A stretch of DNA of 64,000 nt from Candidatus Woesearchaeota archaeon (GTDB lineage Archaea > Nanobdellota > Nanobdellia > Woesearchaeales > GW2011-AR9). The stretch's first letter is position 1, and each line of letters opens with the position of its first letter. Location of the stretch: positions 1,395,771 to 1,459,770 of the forward strand of contig JACPIK010000002.1 of the NCBI GenBank assembly GCA_016188115.1, given 5' to 3'. Under the pieces are notes generated by a model. The model saw only the letters and a program-made list of their open reading frames with translations, had not been told where the DNA came from and did not search any database. Positions 1 through 9,620 of the stretch are shown piece by piece. The position numbers and the translations under genes are program-made.

Positions 1-1
1 A

Positions 2-712
2 GTTTCCACCGCAGGAGAACTATCCGATATTTCTAATGTTCCTCGTTCTCGCGCTTATGATGTTCTAGAATCTCTTGAAAAGAAAGGTTTTATTGTCGTA
101 AAAGTAGGAAAGCCCATCAAATATCTCGCAGTTCCCCCTGCCGAAGTTGTTGAACGGGTAAAAAAACGTGTTGTTGAAGAAGCAGAAGAAAAAAGTCAAA
201 CTCTTTCCCAACTCAAAGAAGGCGACGTTCTAGAACAACTTAATACTCTCCATTCAGAAGGTGTTAAACTTGTTGATCCCACTGATAAATCCGGCGCATT
301 TCGCGGTCGTGATAAAGCTCATGAACATTTAGTATCAATGGTAAAAAATGCGAAAAAAAGCATTAATATCATGACTTCTAAAGATGGTGCAGTACGAAAA
401 TACGATCTTTTAGTTAATCATCTCAAACGAGCTGTGAAAGCCGGTGTTGACGTTCGCGTTAGTGTTCCTGCTGGAACTGACAAAGAAGTTATTGCAAATT
501 ACGCTAAAGTTGCGAAAGTAGCTCAACATCAACATAAAGATACTCCTGCTCGTTTTTGCAGTGTTGATGGAAAAGAAATCTTCTTTTATCTTACTGATGA
601 CGCTAAAGTGCACCGCAGTTATGATTCAGCAGTTTGGATTGAAGCACCACAATTTGTCAATTATTTCGAAGGGCTCTTTGACAAAGAATGGAAAGGCAAT
701 TTTAAACAATAA
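2..712 (+). CDS. TrmB-family transcriptional regulator (5' partial; the N-terminus lies outside the window)
   Basis: Frame 2 is open from the window edge. The N-terminal winged HTH reads '...LSDISNVPRSRAYDVLESLEKKGFIVV' and is TrmB_N-like, with a C-terminal TrmB-type domain. Stop codon at 710-712. Confidence 0.6.
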   Translation, partial: VSTAGELSDISNVPRSRAYDVLESLEKKGFIVVKVGKPIKYLAVPPAEVVERVKKRVVEEAEEKSQTLSQLKEGDVLEQLNTLHSEGVKLVDPTDKSGAFRGRDKAHEHLVSMVKNAKKSINIMTSKDGAVRKYDLLVNHLKRAVKAGVDVRVSVPAGTDKEVIANYAKVAKVAQHQHKDTPARFCSVDGKEIFFYLTDDAKVHRSYDSAVWIEAPQFVNYFEGLFDKEWKGNFKQ

Positions 713-750
713 TTTTTTGTATTATTCTTACTTTCTAGTTTTGGTAATCA

Positions 751-1166
751 TGAGACATATTCCGCGAATTTTAGTTGGTATTCAAATTGAAAATGGTCGA
801 GATTACAATACCTATACTACTCTTTTTGAAATGGTTTATCCTCCTTATGGCAACGGGTCTATGCGCGAATTTGTTGGAACTATAACCGATTTTGCTCAAA
901 ATCTAGATGAAATACTTCCCTTGCTTGCAGATGCATTTACTCAAACACCTATCTTTGCTAGAACTACAAAATATGCAGTTCTAAATGGTGGTTACTCTTT
1001 TACTGATGAGTCCTGTTCTGCTCAATCAAAAAAGCCCTATACTCCTATTCCCGCCCATTTGCTTTTCCATTTAATGAATTTATTTAAAGAAAAAAATTCT
1101 CACCTTGAACCTTCACTCTATGTTTATAATAGTCTAGCAAAATGTTATTTTCCCTGTAAAATTTAA
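751..1166 (+). CDS. hypothetical protein; start trimmed from the 561..1166 ORF to remove its overlap with the TrmB gene
   Basis: Internal ATG at 751 gives MRHIPRILVGIQIENG... No recognisable motif. Confidence 0.3.
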
Positions 1167-1258
1167 GTGGGTAAGATTACTAAGAAAAATTATTTCCCAG
1201 AACTATTCTCACTCCTAATTCCCACACCTTTTTATATCTCAAGCTCTCTTACTCCAAA

Positions 1259-1606
1259 ATGCCTGTCTACAAACAAGTTATTCTCGTGCGTCAAGATCTC
1301 GCTTTACCAAAAGGCAAAGCCTGTGCCCAAGCTGCTCACGCTGCCGTTGAAGCTGTTCTTAAAAGCGATCCTGAGATGGTTAAGGCATGGCGAGAGCAAG
1401 GTATGGCGAAAATCGCTCTTAAAGTCAAAGATGAGGCTCAACTTGTAAAACTCTTTCAAGCAGCGAAAGATAAACGTCTCGTTGCGTCTTTAATTACGGA
1501 TGCGGGAAGAACCGTAGTTGCTCCAGGTACAAAGACGTGCGCGGCAATTGGTCCTGATGAAGAAGAAAAAATTGATTTGATTACGAAAGAACTGCCTCTT
1601 CTCTAA
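1259..1606 (+). CDS. pth2: peptidyl-tRNA hydrolase, archaeal/eukaryotic type (Pth2)
   Basis: 115 aa. 'VILVRQDLALPKGKACAQAAHAA...AIGPDEEEKIDLITKELPLL' is the typical PTH2 fold signature. Confidence 0.8.
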   Translation: MPVYKQVILVRQDLALPKGKACAQAAHAAVEAVLKSDPEMVKAWREQGMAKIALKVKDEAQLVKLFQAAKDKRLVASLITDAGRTVVAPGTKTCAAIGPDEEEKIDLITKELPLL

Positions 1607-1724
1607 AAGAACTCCTCTTCTAAAAAAACTTCTTCTTCCCTAACACTTCCCTCCTCAAATTCTATCTCAGTATCAGTCAAGAAACACTTATATACCTCAA
1701 AAAGATACCTATTTCGAGAGATAG

Positions 1725-4559
1725 ATGAAAAGAAAAGAGGTTTATGCTGTAACAAAACTAGACAGAGTTCTCTTTCTCTGTTTATTACTCTTAACTCTCC
1801 TTTCTATTTCGGGTCTTGCTGTACCCATAAGGGATACAGTTTGTGAATTAGATGGTTCATTGCGTTGTTCTGCTCCTAATAGTGTCCTTGTTGGCTCAGC
1901 TGGAGCAAATCAGCCTCCTCCGTTTGTGCTAGGATATAATAATCAAGCTGTTAGTATTACCAATGCAGCATACCTCACATTTGAGAACCATCCTTTTGAA
2001 AGTCAAACGGGAAATCTTGCATTATGGTTTAAGTTAGATCCAATCATGGAACCAAGTATCACTGCTCCTGTAAAACTGTTAAAGATTTTTGAAACGGGAA
2101 ACAATCAAAATTATCTTGCTGTTCTCTATAAATCAAATGGGGAGATGGTTGTGCAATCAACTCGCAACGATAACCTCAATGTTCCAGCAAATAAACTACA
2201 ATGGAAATACATTGTCCACAAACCTCTTACTGTTGACGAATGGCATCACTTTACTTTTAGTTGGCAGCGCAACCAAGCAGGTATTCCTGATGATGTAAAA
2301 GTATTCATTGATGGTGAAGAACTGCGAAAGAGTAACTTTGTTTTTGAAGACAGTTCTGGTTTGAGAGCAACCTGGCAGCGAGGACATATTGCTAAATTGC
2401 CCTCTTTATTTCCCAATACGCGAGTTATTATTGCTAAAGGCTCTGCATCTTCAGGAAATACGCTCATAGATCAACTTAGTTTTTCACCAGAATATGTTAC
2501 TGCTGTTTGCCCTTATTGCGAAGTACTTGATGATGTTGTTCTCTATCAAAAACCTCTCTTTACAGATAAAGGGACTTATTCAACACTCCTTCCTTCCACT
2601 AAGCCACAACCCTCTGAGATCATCGAAAGCCTCTCTCTCACTGCAACCCCTGGAGAATATGAACCTACTAGTTTTGCTATTTTTACACAAAATGAACCTC
2701 TTAGAGATGTGACTGCCCAAATATCCTCTTTGAGATCTGCAGCAGGGAATTCTATTCCTATTGAGAATATCGATTTACGAGTTGTAAAAGTGTGGACTCG
2801 TGCTGGATTTGGAGCTAATTCTGCCGCAGGTTTTACATTAGGACAATCCAAACTTCAATGGGACGAATTTGGTATTAATGAAAAAGGCATTCTTGTCGCA
2901 GATATGTTGGTGTATGATGATGGTCAGGATCTAAAAGCATTAGAAAGATATAATCCCGATGGAACCTATACTGCTCCTCGCATAGCCACTCAACTTCGAA
3001 CTACTATTTCCGTTGGAGAATCCAAACAATTTTGGCTCACAATTCATGTTCCTCAAGATACTCCTGCTGGTCATTATCAAGGAGTTATCGCACTCCAAAG
3101 CCCATCTCTTGCAACTCCATTAACAATCCCTCTCTCTATAGAAGTTCTTCCATTCACTCTTGTTGAACCAAATCAAGTTCGCTCTATTTATTACCGCAAT
3201 TATCTTGGTCTAGGGGCTCTTCCTTCTGTGGGCGCTCCCGTATTTGAAAAAATTAGTGAAGAACGATATCGTGCTGAATTATCCGATATACGGGCACATG
3301 GTTTTAACGCAGTTCAGTTAAATTCGCAGCCAATGAGTGAAGAAGGGTTACGTCGTTCGCTTGAATTAGCCCGTAATGTTGGTTTTAGAATAGTTGATCA
3401 AACTGTTGCCAAAGGCGGTCGAGGCATGAGTATTGAAAGACAACTCGAACTCACACAACAGGCAGGTTTTGAGAAAATTCTTTATGCGTTTGATGAAAAA
3501 AATGAATATGCTCAAAACACCTTCGCCAACATTCTTGTTAAACTGTATGATTATCATCAAGCGGGCGCAAAAGTTATGAGTTCTTTAATTTGGCAGACTG
3601 CAGTAGAATATGAAAATCCTCAAAGTGTAATGTATGATCTAGAATATCAAAATGCCCCTTTACGAAACGTACGACCTGAAGTTGTAACCACTGGGCCTGA
3701 TTATGCAGTTATTGCTCTTCCAAATGAAGCGCATGAAGGTCGCGGCTTTGAGCGGTATTTAGATATCATCAATGGACGAGACGCACCAAGAATAAATGCA
3801 AAAGAAATGTATTATTGGCAAATAGGGATGCATAAACCATTTTACGCAAGGTATAATACGGGAGTTCTGGCATATTTCTTACGAAATTATATCTATGGTT
3901 TTAAGCCATATGCGTATTCCCATCAAGGCAGTCCCGGTTTTGGATATGGTTCTCCCTATGACACATTTGATAGTGCGTATATGTACGATGAACTAACTGA
4001 AAAAGGAGACGGGTATGTGGCTTCTCAAATGGCAGTCTATCCTTCAGCGCAAGGGCCAATCCCCACATTAGAATGGGAGGCTGTACGCGAGGGAATTGAT
4101 GATCTCAAATATTTAACAACACTCGACAATGCGTTAACTAGCTTAGAACAACAAGACCCTCGTCTCGCATCTCAACTTCGTGCAGAACTCAATACTGCGT
4201 TAGATCCATTTCGCCATCTAAACTCCTGGCGAATTATGTCGGGGGACGATTTTGACCAGTTACGCACAACCATTATCTCTCTTTTACGTCAAATTCCCGA
4301 ACCTATCTTGACTGCTATAGTTGAAGTGGATAATGTTAATGGTGTTCTAACTCAAAACAATAACAATATCATAGATAAAATAACTCTTGTTCAACAAGAT
4401 TCTCTCCAAGAAAATCAGCAAATCAATCTAGATGTTTGTTTGACATATCCTCAACTCATGCAACTTGCATCTCGTCTTGCTCAACAAGATGCACGCGGGG
4501 AAGATTTAGCCCCCATTAAACGAACCATTTTACGCACGTTTAATCTTGTCTGTTCTTAA
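1725..4559 (+). CDS. large secreted protein with an N-terminal LamG/concanavalin-A-like lectin domain
   Basis: 944 aa. N-terminal signal/TM 'VLFLCLLLLTLLSISGLA'. LamG-like block 'LALWFKLDP...WHHFTFSW...VKVFIDGEEL'. Remainder unassigned. Confidence 0.55.
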   Translation: MKRKEVYAVTKLDRVLFLCLLLLTLLSISGLAVPIRDTVCELDGSLRCSAPNSVLVGSAGANQPPPFVLGYNNQAVSITNAAYLTFENHPFESQTGNLALWFKLDPIMEPSITAPVKLLKIFETGNNQNYLAVLYKSNGEMVVQSTRNDNLNVPANKLQWKYIVHKPLTVDEWHHFTFSWQRNQAGIPDDVKVFIDGEELRKSNFVFEDSSGLRATWQRGHIAKLPSLFPNTRVIIAKGSASSGNTLIDQLSFSPEYVTAVCPYCEVLDDVVLYQKPLFTDKGTYSTLLPSTKPQPSEIIESLSLTATPGEYEPTSFAIFTQNEPLRDVTAQISSLRSAAGNSIPIENIDLRVVKVWTRAGFGANSAAGFTLGQSKLQWDEFGINEKGILVADMLVYDDGQDLKALERYNPDGTYTAPRIATQLRTTISVGESKQFWLTIHVPQDTPAGHYQGVIALQSPSLATPLTIPLSIEVLPFTLVEPNQVRSIYYRNYLGLGALPSVGAPVFEKISEERYRAELSDIRAHGFNAVQLNSQPMSEEGLRRSLELARNVGFRIVDQTVAKGGRGMSIERQLELTQQAGFEKILYAFDEKNEYAQNTFANILVKLYDYHQAGAKVMSSLIWQTAVEYENPQSVMYDLEYQNAPLRNVRPEVVTTGPDYAVIALPNEAHEGRGFERYLDIINGRDAPRINAKEMYYWQIGMHKPFYARYNTGVLAYFLRNYIYGFKPYAYSHQGSPGFGYGSPYDTFDSAYMYDELTEKGDGYVASQMAVYPSAQGPIPTLEWEAVREGIDDLKYLTTLDNALTSLEQQDPRLASQLRAELNTALDPFRHLNSWRIMSGDDFDQLRTTIISLLRQIPEPILTAIVEVDNVNGVLTQNNNNIIDKITLVQQDSLQENQQINLDVCLTYPQLMQLASRLAQQDARGEDLAPIKRTILRTFNLVCS

Positions 4560-4655
4560 TGGCGTGAAACAGTTTAAAACGGGGTATTATTTCTGAACAA
4601 CTCCTCGTTTGTAGAAACCTTTTTAAATAACCCATTATCTTAGCTTGATATTACC

Positions 4656-4964
4656 ATGAAGATCCCAAAAACAATTACTCGTCTTTGTAAGCACTGTAAG
4701 AAGCATACTCAACAAAAAGTTGCTCTCAACAAACGTAAAGCTGCGAGCTCATTAAGTCGTGGCTCAAAAGTTCGATCTCGTTTACGTGGTCTTGCACGTG
4801 GAGTAGGAAGCCATGGACGTTATTCCAAACCTGCCGTTACTAAATTCAAACGTGCTGGTGCAAAGAATACCAAAAAAACTGATATTCGCTACACTTGCAA
4901 TGAATGTAAAAAATCTTCCTGTCAACCTTCTGGAATTCGTTCCAAACGGGTAGAATTAATCTAG
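4656..4964 (+). CDS. rpl44e: 50S ribosomal protein L44e
   Basis: 'MKIPKTITRLCKHCKKHTQQKV...YTCNECKK' is the zinc-ribbon L44e signature. TATA-like 'tttttaaata' about 30 bp upstream. Confidence 0.9.
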   Translation: MKIPKTITRLCKHCKKHTQQKVALNKRKAASSLSRGSKVRSRLRGLARGVGSHGRYSKPAVTKFKRAGAKNTKKTDIRYTCNECKKSSCQPSGIRSKRVELI

Positions 4965-4972
4965 GTGTTACT

Positions 4973-5152
4973 ATGGTTGCTCAATTAAAAAGTAAATTTA
5001 TCAAAGTTCGTTGCTCTAAGTGTAAAAATGAACAAATTATTTTTGGCAATACCAGTACTGTTGTTATGTGCCTTGTTTGCAACAAAGAACTAGCATATCC
5101 TACTGGCGGGAAATCAAAAGTATCTGGTCGCGTGCTCGAACTTTTAGAATAA
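4973..5152 (+). CDS. rps27e: 30S ribosomal protein S27e
   Basis: 59 aa, below the ORF-track cutoff. 'MVAQLKSKFIKVRCSKCKNEQIIFGNTSTVVMCLVCNKELAYPTGGKSK' is the C4 zinc finger typical of S27e. Sits immediately after L44e, as in the conserved archaeal cluster. Confidence 0.85.
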   Translation: MVAQLKSKFIKVRCSKCKNEQIIFGNTSTVVMCLVCNKELAYPTGGKSKVSGRVLELLE

Positions 5153-5253
5153 ATTTATATTTTTTTCAGACTATTTTCTAAGCTATCTTTCTTCTCTTGA
5201 TATAATTAGAATTCTCATAACATTTATAAAGAACGAACTGTCAGACCAATACT

Positions 5254-6042
5254 ATGCTTTACAAGAAAATTGGATATCCTCCTGAAGAAGAGATAGTGCT
5301 TTGTAAAGTCACAAAATTACTTCCTAACTCTGTTTTTGTAGATTTGTTAGAATATGAACAGCGTTCTGGTTTAGTTCATATTTCTGAAGTAGCGCCAGGT
5401 CGTATTCGCAACCTGCGAGACTATGTAAGTCAAGACCGTCAAATTGTATGTAAAGTTCTCAAAGTATACAAAGATCGAGGCCATATTGATCTTTCACTTC
5501 GTCGTGTTAACTCTACTGAACGACGTCAAAAATTAGATGAAATTAAACAGGAACTTAAAGCAGAGCAGCTTCTTGTAAATATTGCTAAGAAGCTAAAACG
5601 ATCTGCTGAAGAAATCTACAAAGAAATCTCCCCTAAAATTTTGAAAGATTATGCTTATATTCATCTTTGTTTTCGTGATATCGTCTCTGGCGAAGTAACT
5701 CTAGAATCCCTTGGCATAAAAAAACAACTTGCCGATGAAATTACTGAAGCCGTAATCGATAAATTCAAGCCGAAAACAATTATTCTTACTGGAGAAATTC
5801 GTCTTTCTACTTTTGCTACTGCTGGTGTTGAAAAAATCAAACAGACCCTTCACTCCATTGAGAAAATCTCTGATACGATCAGTTTATCTTATCTTGGTGC
5901 TGGACGTTATAAACTCACTATTGAAGATTTTGATTACAAACCCGCAGAGCAAACACTCAAAAAAATTCAAGATCTTGTAGAAAAATTCATTGATAAAGTC
6001 TCAACCGGAAGTGTTGAACGCGAGAAAGCGGAACAAACCTAA
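5254..6042 (+). CDS. eif2a: translation initiation factor aIF2 alpha subunit
   Basis: N-terminal S1 domain 'EEEIVLCKVTKLLPNSVFVDLLEYEQRSGLVHISEVAPGRIRNLRDYV', about 260 aa. Third member of the conserved L44e-S27e-aIF2a-Nop10 cluster. Confidence 0.85.
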   Translation: MLYKKIGYPPEEEIVLCKVTKLLPNSVFVDLLEYEQRSGLVHISEVAPGRIRNLRDYVSQDRQIVCKVLKVYKDRGHIDLSLRRVNSTERRQKLDEIKQELKAEQLLVNIAKKLKRSAEEIYKEISPKILKDYAYIHLCFRDIVSGEVTLESLGIKKQLADEITEAVIDKFKPKTIILTGEIRLSTFATAGVEKIKQTLHSIEKISDTISLSYLGAGRYKLTIEDFDYKPAEQTLKKIQDLVEKFIDKVSTGSVEREKAEQT

Positions 6043-6106
6043 TCCTAAGTATAATCATAACTATAACTTACTCTTACTATCCCTCTGCTAAACACTATCT
6101 CCTGCC

Positions 6107-6286
6107 ATGTCCGCAAATATTCTCTTTTGTCCGCATTGTAAAAAGTATACCCTAGAAGAAAAATGTCCTTCTTGTTCTCTTGTCACAATTTTACCTCGAC
6201 CCCCTAAATACTCTGCGCAAGATAAGTATGCTGCCTACCGTCGAGAAGAAAAGAAAAAAGAATTAGCTCAAAAAGGATTGTATTAA
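6107..6286 (+). CDS. nop10: H/ACA ribonucleoprotein component Nop10
   Basis: 59 aa, below the ORF-track cutoff. 'ILFCPHCKKYTLEEKCPSCS...' is the Nop10 zinc ribbon, in the canonical position after aIF2 alpha. Confidence 0.8.
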   Translation: MSANILFCPHCKKYTLEEKCPSCSLVTILPRPPKYSAQDKYAAYRREEKKKELAQKGLY

Positions 6287-6380
6287 TCAAAATAAGATTG
6301 TTTTTTCTTAATTTTCCCTCATTTTCCCTTCTTCACCTCTTTCTGAAAGTTTTATATACCTAACTCACATCAATCTTAAA

Positions 6381-7253
6381 ATGGTGATAGAGAGAGAATT
6401 ACGTTCATTTGATGGGACAAAAATCCATTACGTTTATTCTCAAGGTTCAAAACCCCTCTCACTCGTTTTCGTCCATGGTATTGGTGGTAATTGGACCGTA
6501 TGGCGTAAGGAAATGGAACATTTCCAACGTCGTGGATATTCAACTCTTGCCATTGATATGCGTGGTCACGGCAGTTCAGATATGCCTGACGCATTCTCAA
6601 AATATAAAGTAATGTGCTTTACTCGCGACTTACACAAAGTAATTCAAACGGAAAAAATAAAAAATTTTGTTCTTATCGGTCATAGTATTGGCGGGGCTCT
6701 TTCCATTCATTATTGTATGCATTATCATAAAACTGCGCCTTGTTCTCTTATTCTTGTCGAAGGTACATGCGTATATCCCTTTCAGCGTCATCAACTTTTT
6801 GATTTAGGACCATATGCCACACATCTTTTACATTTTATTGCTAATCACAAACCAACTCGTCAAAAACACTTTTCTCATCTTCCTGATATTGAACTCTCTG
6901 ACAAAGGCGGTCTTTCCAATTTACGTTTACTCTTTCATCTGCTTCATCTAACTCCCATCAAAAGTTTAGTAAAAACAATTGAAAATGTTGAAGAGTTTGC
7001 TTTTAGCAATAAGAGCAAAATATTCACCTCTTTGCGTCATCTCACTATACCCACTCTATTACTCGCTGGGGATCATGATAAAGTCATTCCTCCTAAATAT
7101 TCCTACATTATTAAAGACCTTAAAAAAGATGCAGAAATCAAAATTTTACATAATGCTCAACATCATGTAATCATAGATCATCCTCGTATGGTCAGTCATG
7201 AAATTGAACGGTTTCTCATAGAAAAACAGCTTATTCAAGCTACAAAGCTTTAA
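6381..7253 (+). CDS. alpha/beta-fold hydrolase
   Basis: 'FVHGIGGNW' oxyanion region and 'GHSIGG' nucleophile elbow. Confidence 0.7.
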   Translation: MVIERELRSFDGTKIHYVYSQGSKPLSLVFVHGIGGNWTVWRKEMEHFQRRGYSTLAIDMRGHGSSDMPDAFSKYKVMCFTRDLHKVIQTEKIKNFVLIGHSIGGALSIHYCMHYHKTAPCSLILVEGTCVYPFQRHQLFDLGPYATHLLHFIANHKPTRQKHFSHLPDIELSDKGGLSNLRLLFHLLHLTPIKSLVKTIENVEEFAFSNKSKIFTSLRHLTIPTLLLAGDHDKVIPPKYSYIIKDLKKDAEIKILHNAQHHVIIDHPRMVSHEIERFLIEKQLIQATKL

Positions 7254-7277
7254 AAATAAGCTTTTTTCCTAAAATAT

Positions 7278-8090
7278 ATGCCCTCAGATCCTTCTCATCT
7301 GCTACATCCATTAGTTGCAGCCTATACTCCTGTTCCAATAATCACTCCTCCAGAATCTAGCTCAAATGGGTATATGGTTCTCTTCGTTCATGGGCTTCCA
7401 GGTCATGGGAATGGGGGATTTATGCGCAATGCTTCGGAAAAATTAGTACAAGAGGGATATGCAACTTGCCGTTACTCCCTTCGACGCGACAATTCTGTGT
7501 GGGAACATGTTAAAGATGTACGCAAGGTACTTGGCTCGCCTCTTCTGGCTTCAGTAAGACAATTAGGGGCTTTTCGTCACGTCAACTTTGAAGATCATGT
7601 ATCTGACTTAGGAGATATTATCGAAAATCTCACTACTTCTCATCAGGGTTCCTCCTCTTCTTTCACTTCTCAAAAAATAATTATTGCGGCACATTCTTAT
7701 GGTGCAGCCGTGGCATTAGCCGTTTCCAGTGCGTTTGATGCAGATGAGTCACCTATCGCCGGATTATTTTTAAGTAATCCATTCATCAGCAAAAGTGTTC
7801 GTCATCACGTTCTTCCTGGATTTAGTGGTATGCCGGATGTAGAAGAATTAACCCAATACGCCGCGTCATATTCTGGTCCTATAATGCTTTTGTATGGGGC
7901 ACATGATACCCTTGTTCCACCTGAAAATAATTCTATTCTGATTGCAGAATCAAGAGTAAATCATGCTACAGTTACAATCCCCCTCCCTCTTACAGGCCAA
8001 CCAGATCATGATTTTACCAGGCCGCAAACCCGTGAAGCGTACACTGCAAATCTTCTTACGTTTGTAAACTGGCTAAATCAAAAAAAGTAA
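7278..8090 (+). CDS. alpha/beta-fold hydrolase (second, divergent copy)
   Basis: 'FVHGLPGHGNGGF' and 'AAHSYGAAVA' (GxSxG-like). Confidence 0.55.
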   Translation: MPSDPSHLLHPLVAAYTPVPIITPPESSSNGYMVLFVHGLPGHGNGGFMRNASEKLVQEGYATCRYSLRRDNSVWEHVKDVRKVLGSPLLASVRQLGAFRHVNFEDHVSDLGDIIENLTTSHQGSSSSFTSQKIIIAAHSYGAAVALAVSSAFDADESPIAGLFLSNPFISKSVRHHVLPGFSGMPDVEELTQYAASYSGPIMLLYGAHDTLVPPENNSILIAESRVNHATVTIPLPLTGQPDHDFTRPQTREAYTANLLTFVNWLNQKK

Positions 8091-8105
8091 TCCTCAAAAA
8101 TTAAT

Positions 8106-9620
8106 CTATCCATGATATCTATTCTTAATTTTTGATTGATGGGGATAATCATCAAATCGATATAATGTGATAACTGGTGTTGCTAAATGTGCCATCTTAT
8201 GGCATGTTGCTTTATATCCTTCATTCACCTCTTGAAGTGTTTTCATGACAAGTGTTTCGTATGTTTTTGTGAGAGCAGTTGAAACATTAACTCCCTTCTT
8301 AAGTTGAAATTCAATATGTAATTGCCTATTATGTTTAGCATCAAATTTAGTTGTAAACACAAATGCTCCTGATGTAGTTTGCGCAATTTGTTTGTTGCGA
8401 TAAATACACTCTTCAATATTCTCTGGGTAAATCATAAAAGCATTAAATTTGAGAGGGCCATCTTTTCGTCCTTCAATAAAAAAGAATGGAAGAGGAAGCG
8501 TAATTGTATGATTAATATTAAACTGTTTCAACAACTTTTCCATTTGCCGATAAGAATAAGTCCCACCAATATCTTCTAAATTATATTTTATGACGGGTTG
8601 AGCAGCTTCAGGTAGAATTGTTGTAAACACTAACTCTCGATCTTTATTTGCAAAGACAAACAAATTTAGTGGATATTGAAAGAGCATAGGTGTTTCATCC
8701 ACATCACCAAATATTGCCCGTCGAAACTCATGATTCGCATCAGCTAATTGACGAATAAAAACAGTATCGTCATTTTCAGTTCCACCAAGAATGCCAATGT
8801 CTGATGCACCAAAACCAGATCGCACTTTTGCTCCTCCTGCATTTTTATGAATATATGCTCGCCAACTTTCAGGAAAATCTTCTCCTCCTCCAATAAAATG
8901 AACCTTGTACTTTTTCCAATTGAATTTAAGAGAATTTGCATAATCCACAAAATCTTTGATGAATGGGGGATAACCCGTAATCAAGATTTGCTCAAACTTA
9001 CTTCCAATATCATTAATTGTTTGTAAAATTTCATCTTTATCAGGACCAATATTAATCACTGGGTTATGTCGAGACGCAAACTCGTTAAAATTTAATCCCG
9101 TAACCCAACTTCCTAGAATAAATCCATTAATAATTAATGTTTTTTTGGTATTTACATTAAAATTAAGATCTAACCCTACACTAATTGCATTCTTTCCAAA
9201 GTCGTCTTCTGCATGTGATTTTGCCCAATAACATTGTCTCCCTGAATGACCTGAACTTTTTACAATCATACTAATATTATGATAATCTCCATCAATACAC
9301 ATTGTCGAGAGTTCTTTTGCGCTATATACGTAGCCATGCTTATTCGTTTCGGGAACTTTTGTTAAGAAATCCTGTTTTGTTTTAACACTGCGTGGATCAA
9401 AATTATGTTTTTCTAGAAAATGTTTGTAGTGAGGAATACGTTGCGCGTTAAGTTGAAACGAGTGGATAAGATAGCGTTCTTGTAATGTTTCAACAAACTC
9501 CGGTTCAAGATCAAGAAATTGTGCTTTGAATGCTTCGTAATCTTTGCCTTGCTTTTGCAACTGTTTATGCACCATAGAAAAAGGTAAATTTCTTATTAGT
9601 GCATGCTTAATACGTCCCAT
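8106..9620 (-). CDS. adenylate-forming enzyme of the ANL superfamily (PaaK / F390-synthetase / GH3-like acyl-acid ligase)
   Basis: 504 aa. P-loop-like 'KSSGHSGRQ' (compare SSGTTGKP / SSGTSxGxxK), then 'FGASDIGILGGTE' (YGxTE-like) and 'YNLEDIGG' (YRxGD-like) at the expected spacing. Its start codon overlaps the panD stop ('TAATG'). Confidence 0.5.
   Translation of the reverse strand: MGRIKHALIRNLPFSMVHKQLQKQGKDYEAFKAQFLDLEPEFVETLQERYLIHSFQLNAQRIPHYKHFLEKHNFDPRSVKTKQDFLTKVPETNKHGYVYSAKELSTMCIDGDYHNISMIVKSSGHSGRQCYWAKSHAEDDFGKNAISVGLDLNFNVNTKKTLIINGFILGSWVTGLNFNEFASRHNPVINIGPDKDEILQTINDIGSKFEQILITGYPPFIKDFVDYANSLKFNWKKYKVHFIGGGEDFPESWRAYIHKNAGGAKVRSGFGASDIGILGGTENDDTVFIRQLADANHEFRRAIFGDVDETPMLFQYPLNLFVFANKDRELVFTTILPEAAQPVIKYNLEDIGGTYSYRQMEKLLKQFNINHTITLPLPFFFIEGRKDGPLKFNAFMIYPENIEECIYRNKQIAQTTSGAFVFTTKFDAKHNRQLHIEFQLKKGVNVSTALTKTYETLVMKTLQEVNEGYKATCHKMAHLATPVITLYRFDDYPHQSKIKNRYHG

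Noticed and set aside
561-1166. Long 201-aa ORF whose 5' part overlaps the end of the TrmB-like gene
   Set aside because: The first ~60 codons lie inside the confidently called TrmB reading frame on the same strand. An internal ATG at 751 gives a non-overlapping gene, so the long form is probably an artefact of the ORF caller.
1167-1448. 93-aa ORF overlapping the 5' half of Pth2 in another frame
   Set aside because: Pth2 has a clear family signature. The overlapping frame has none and is low-complexity.
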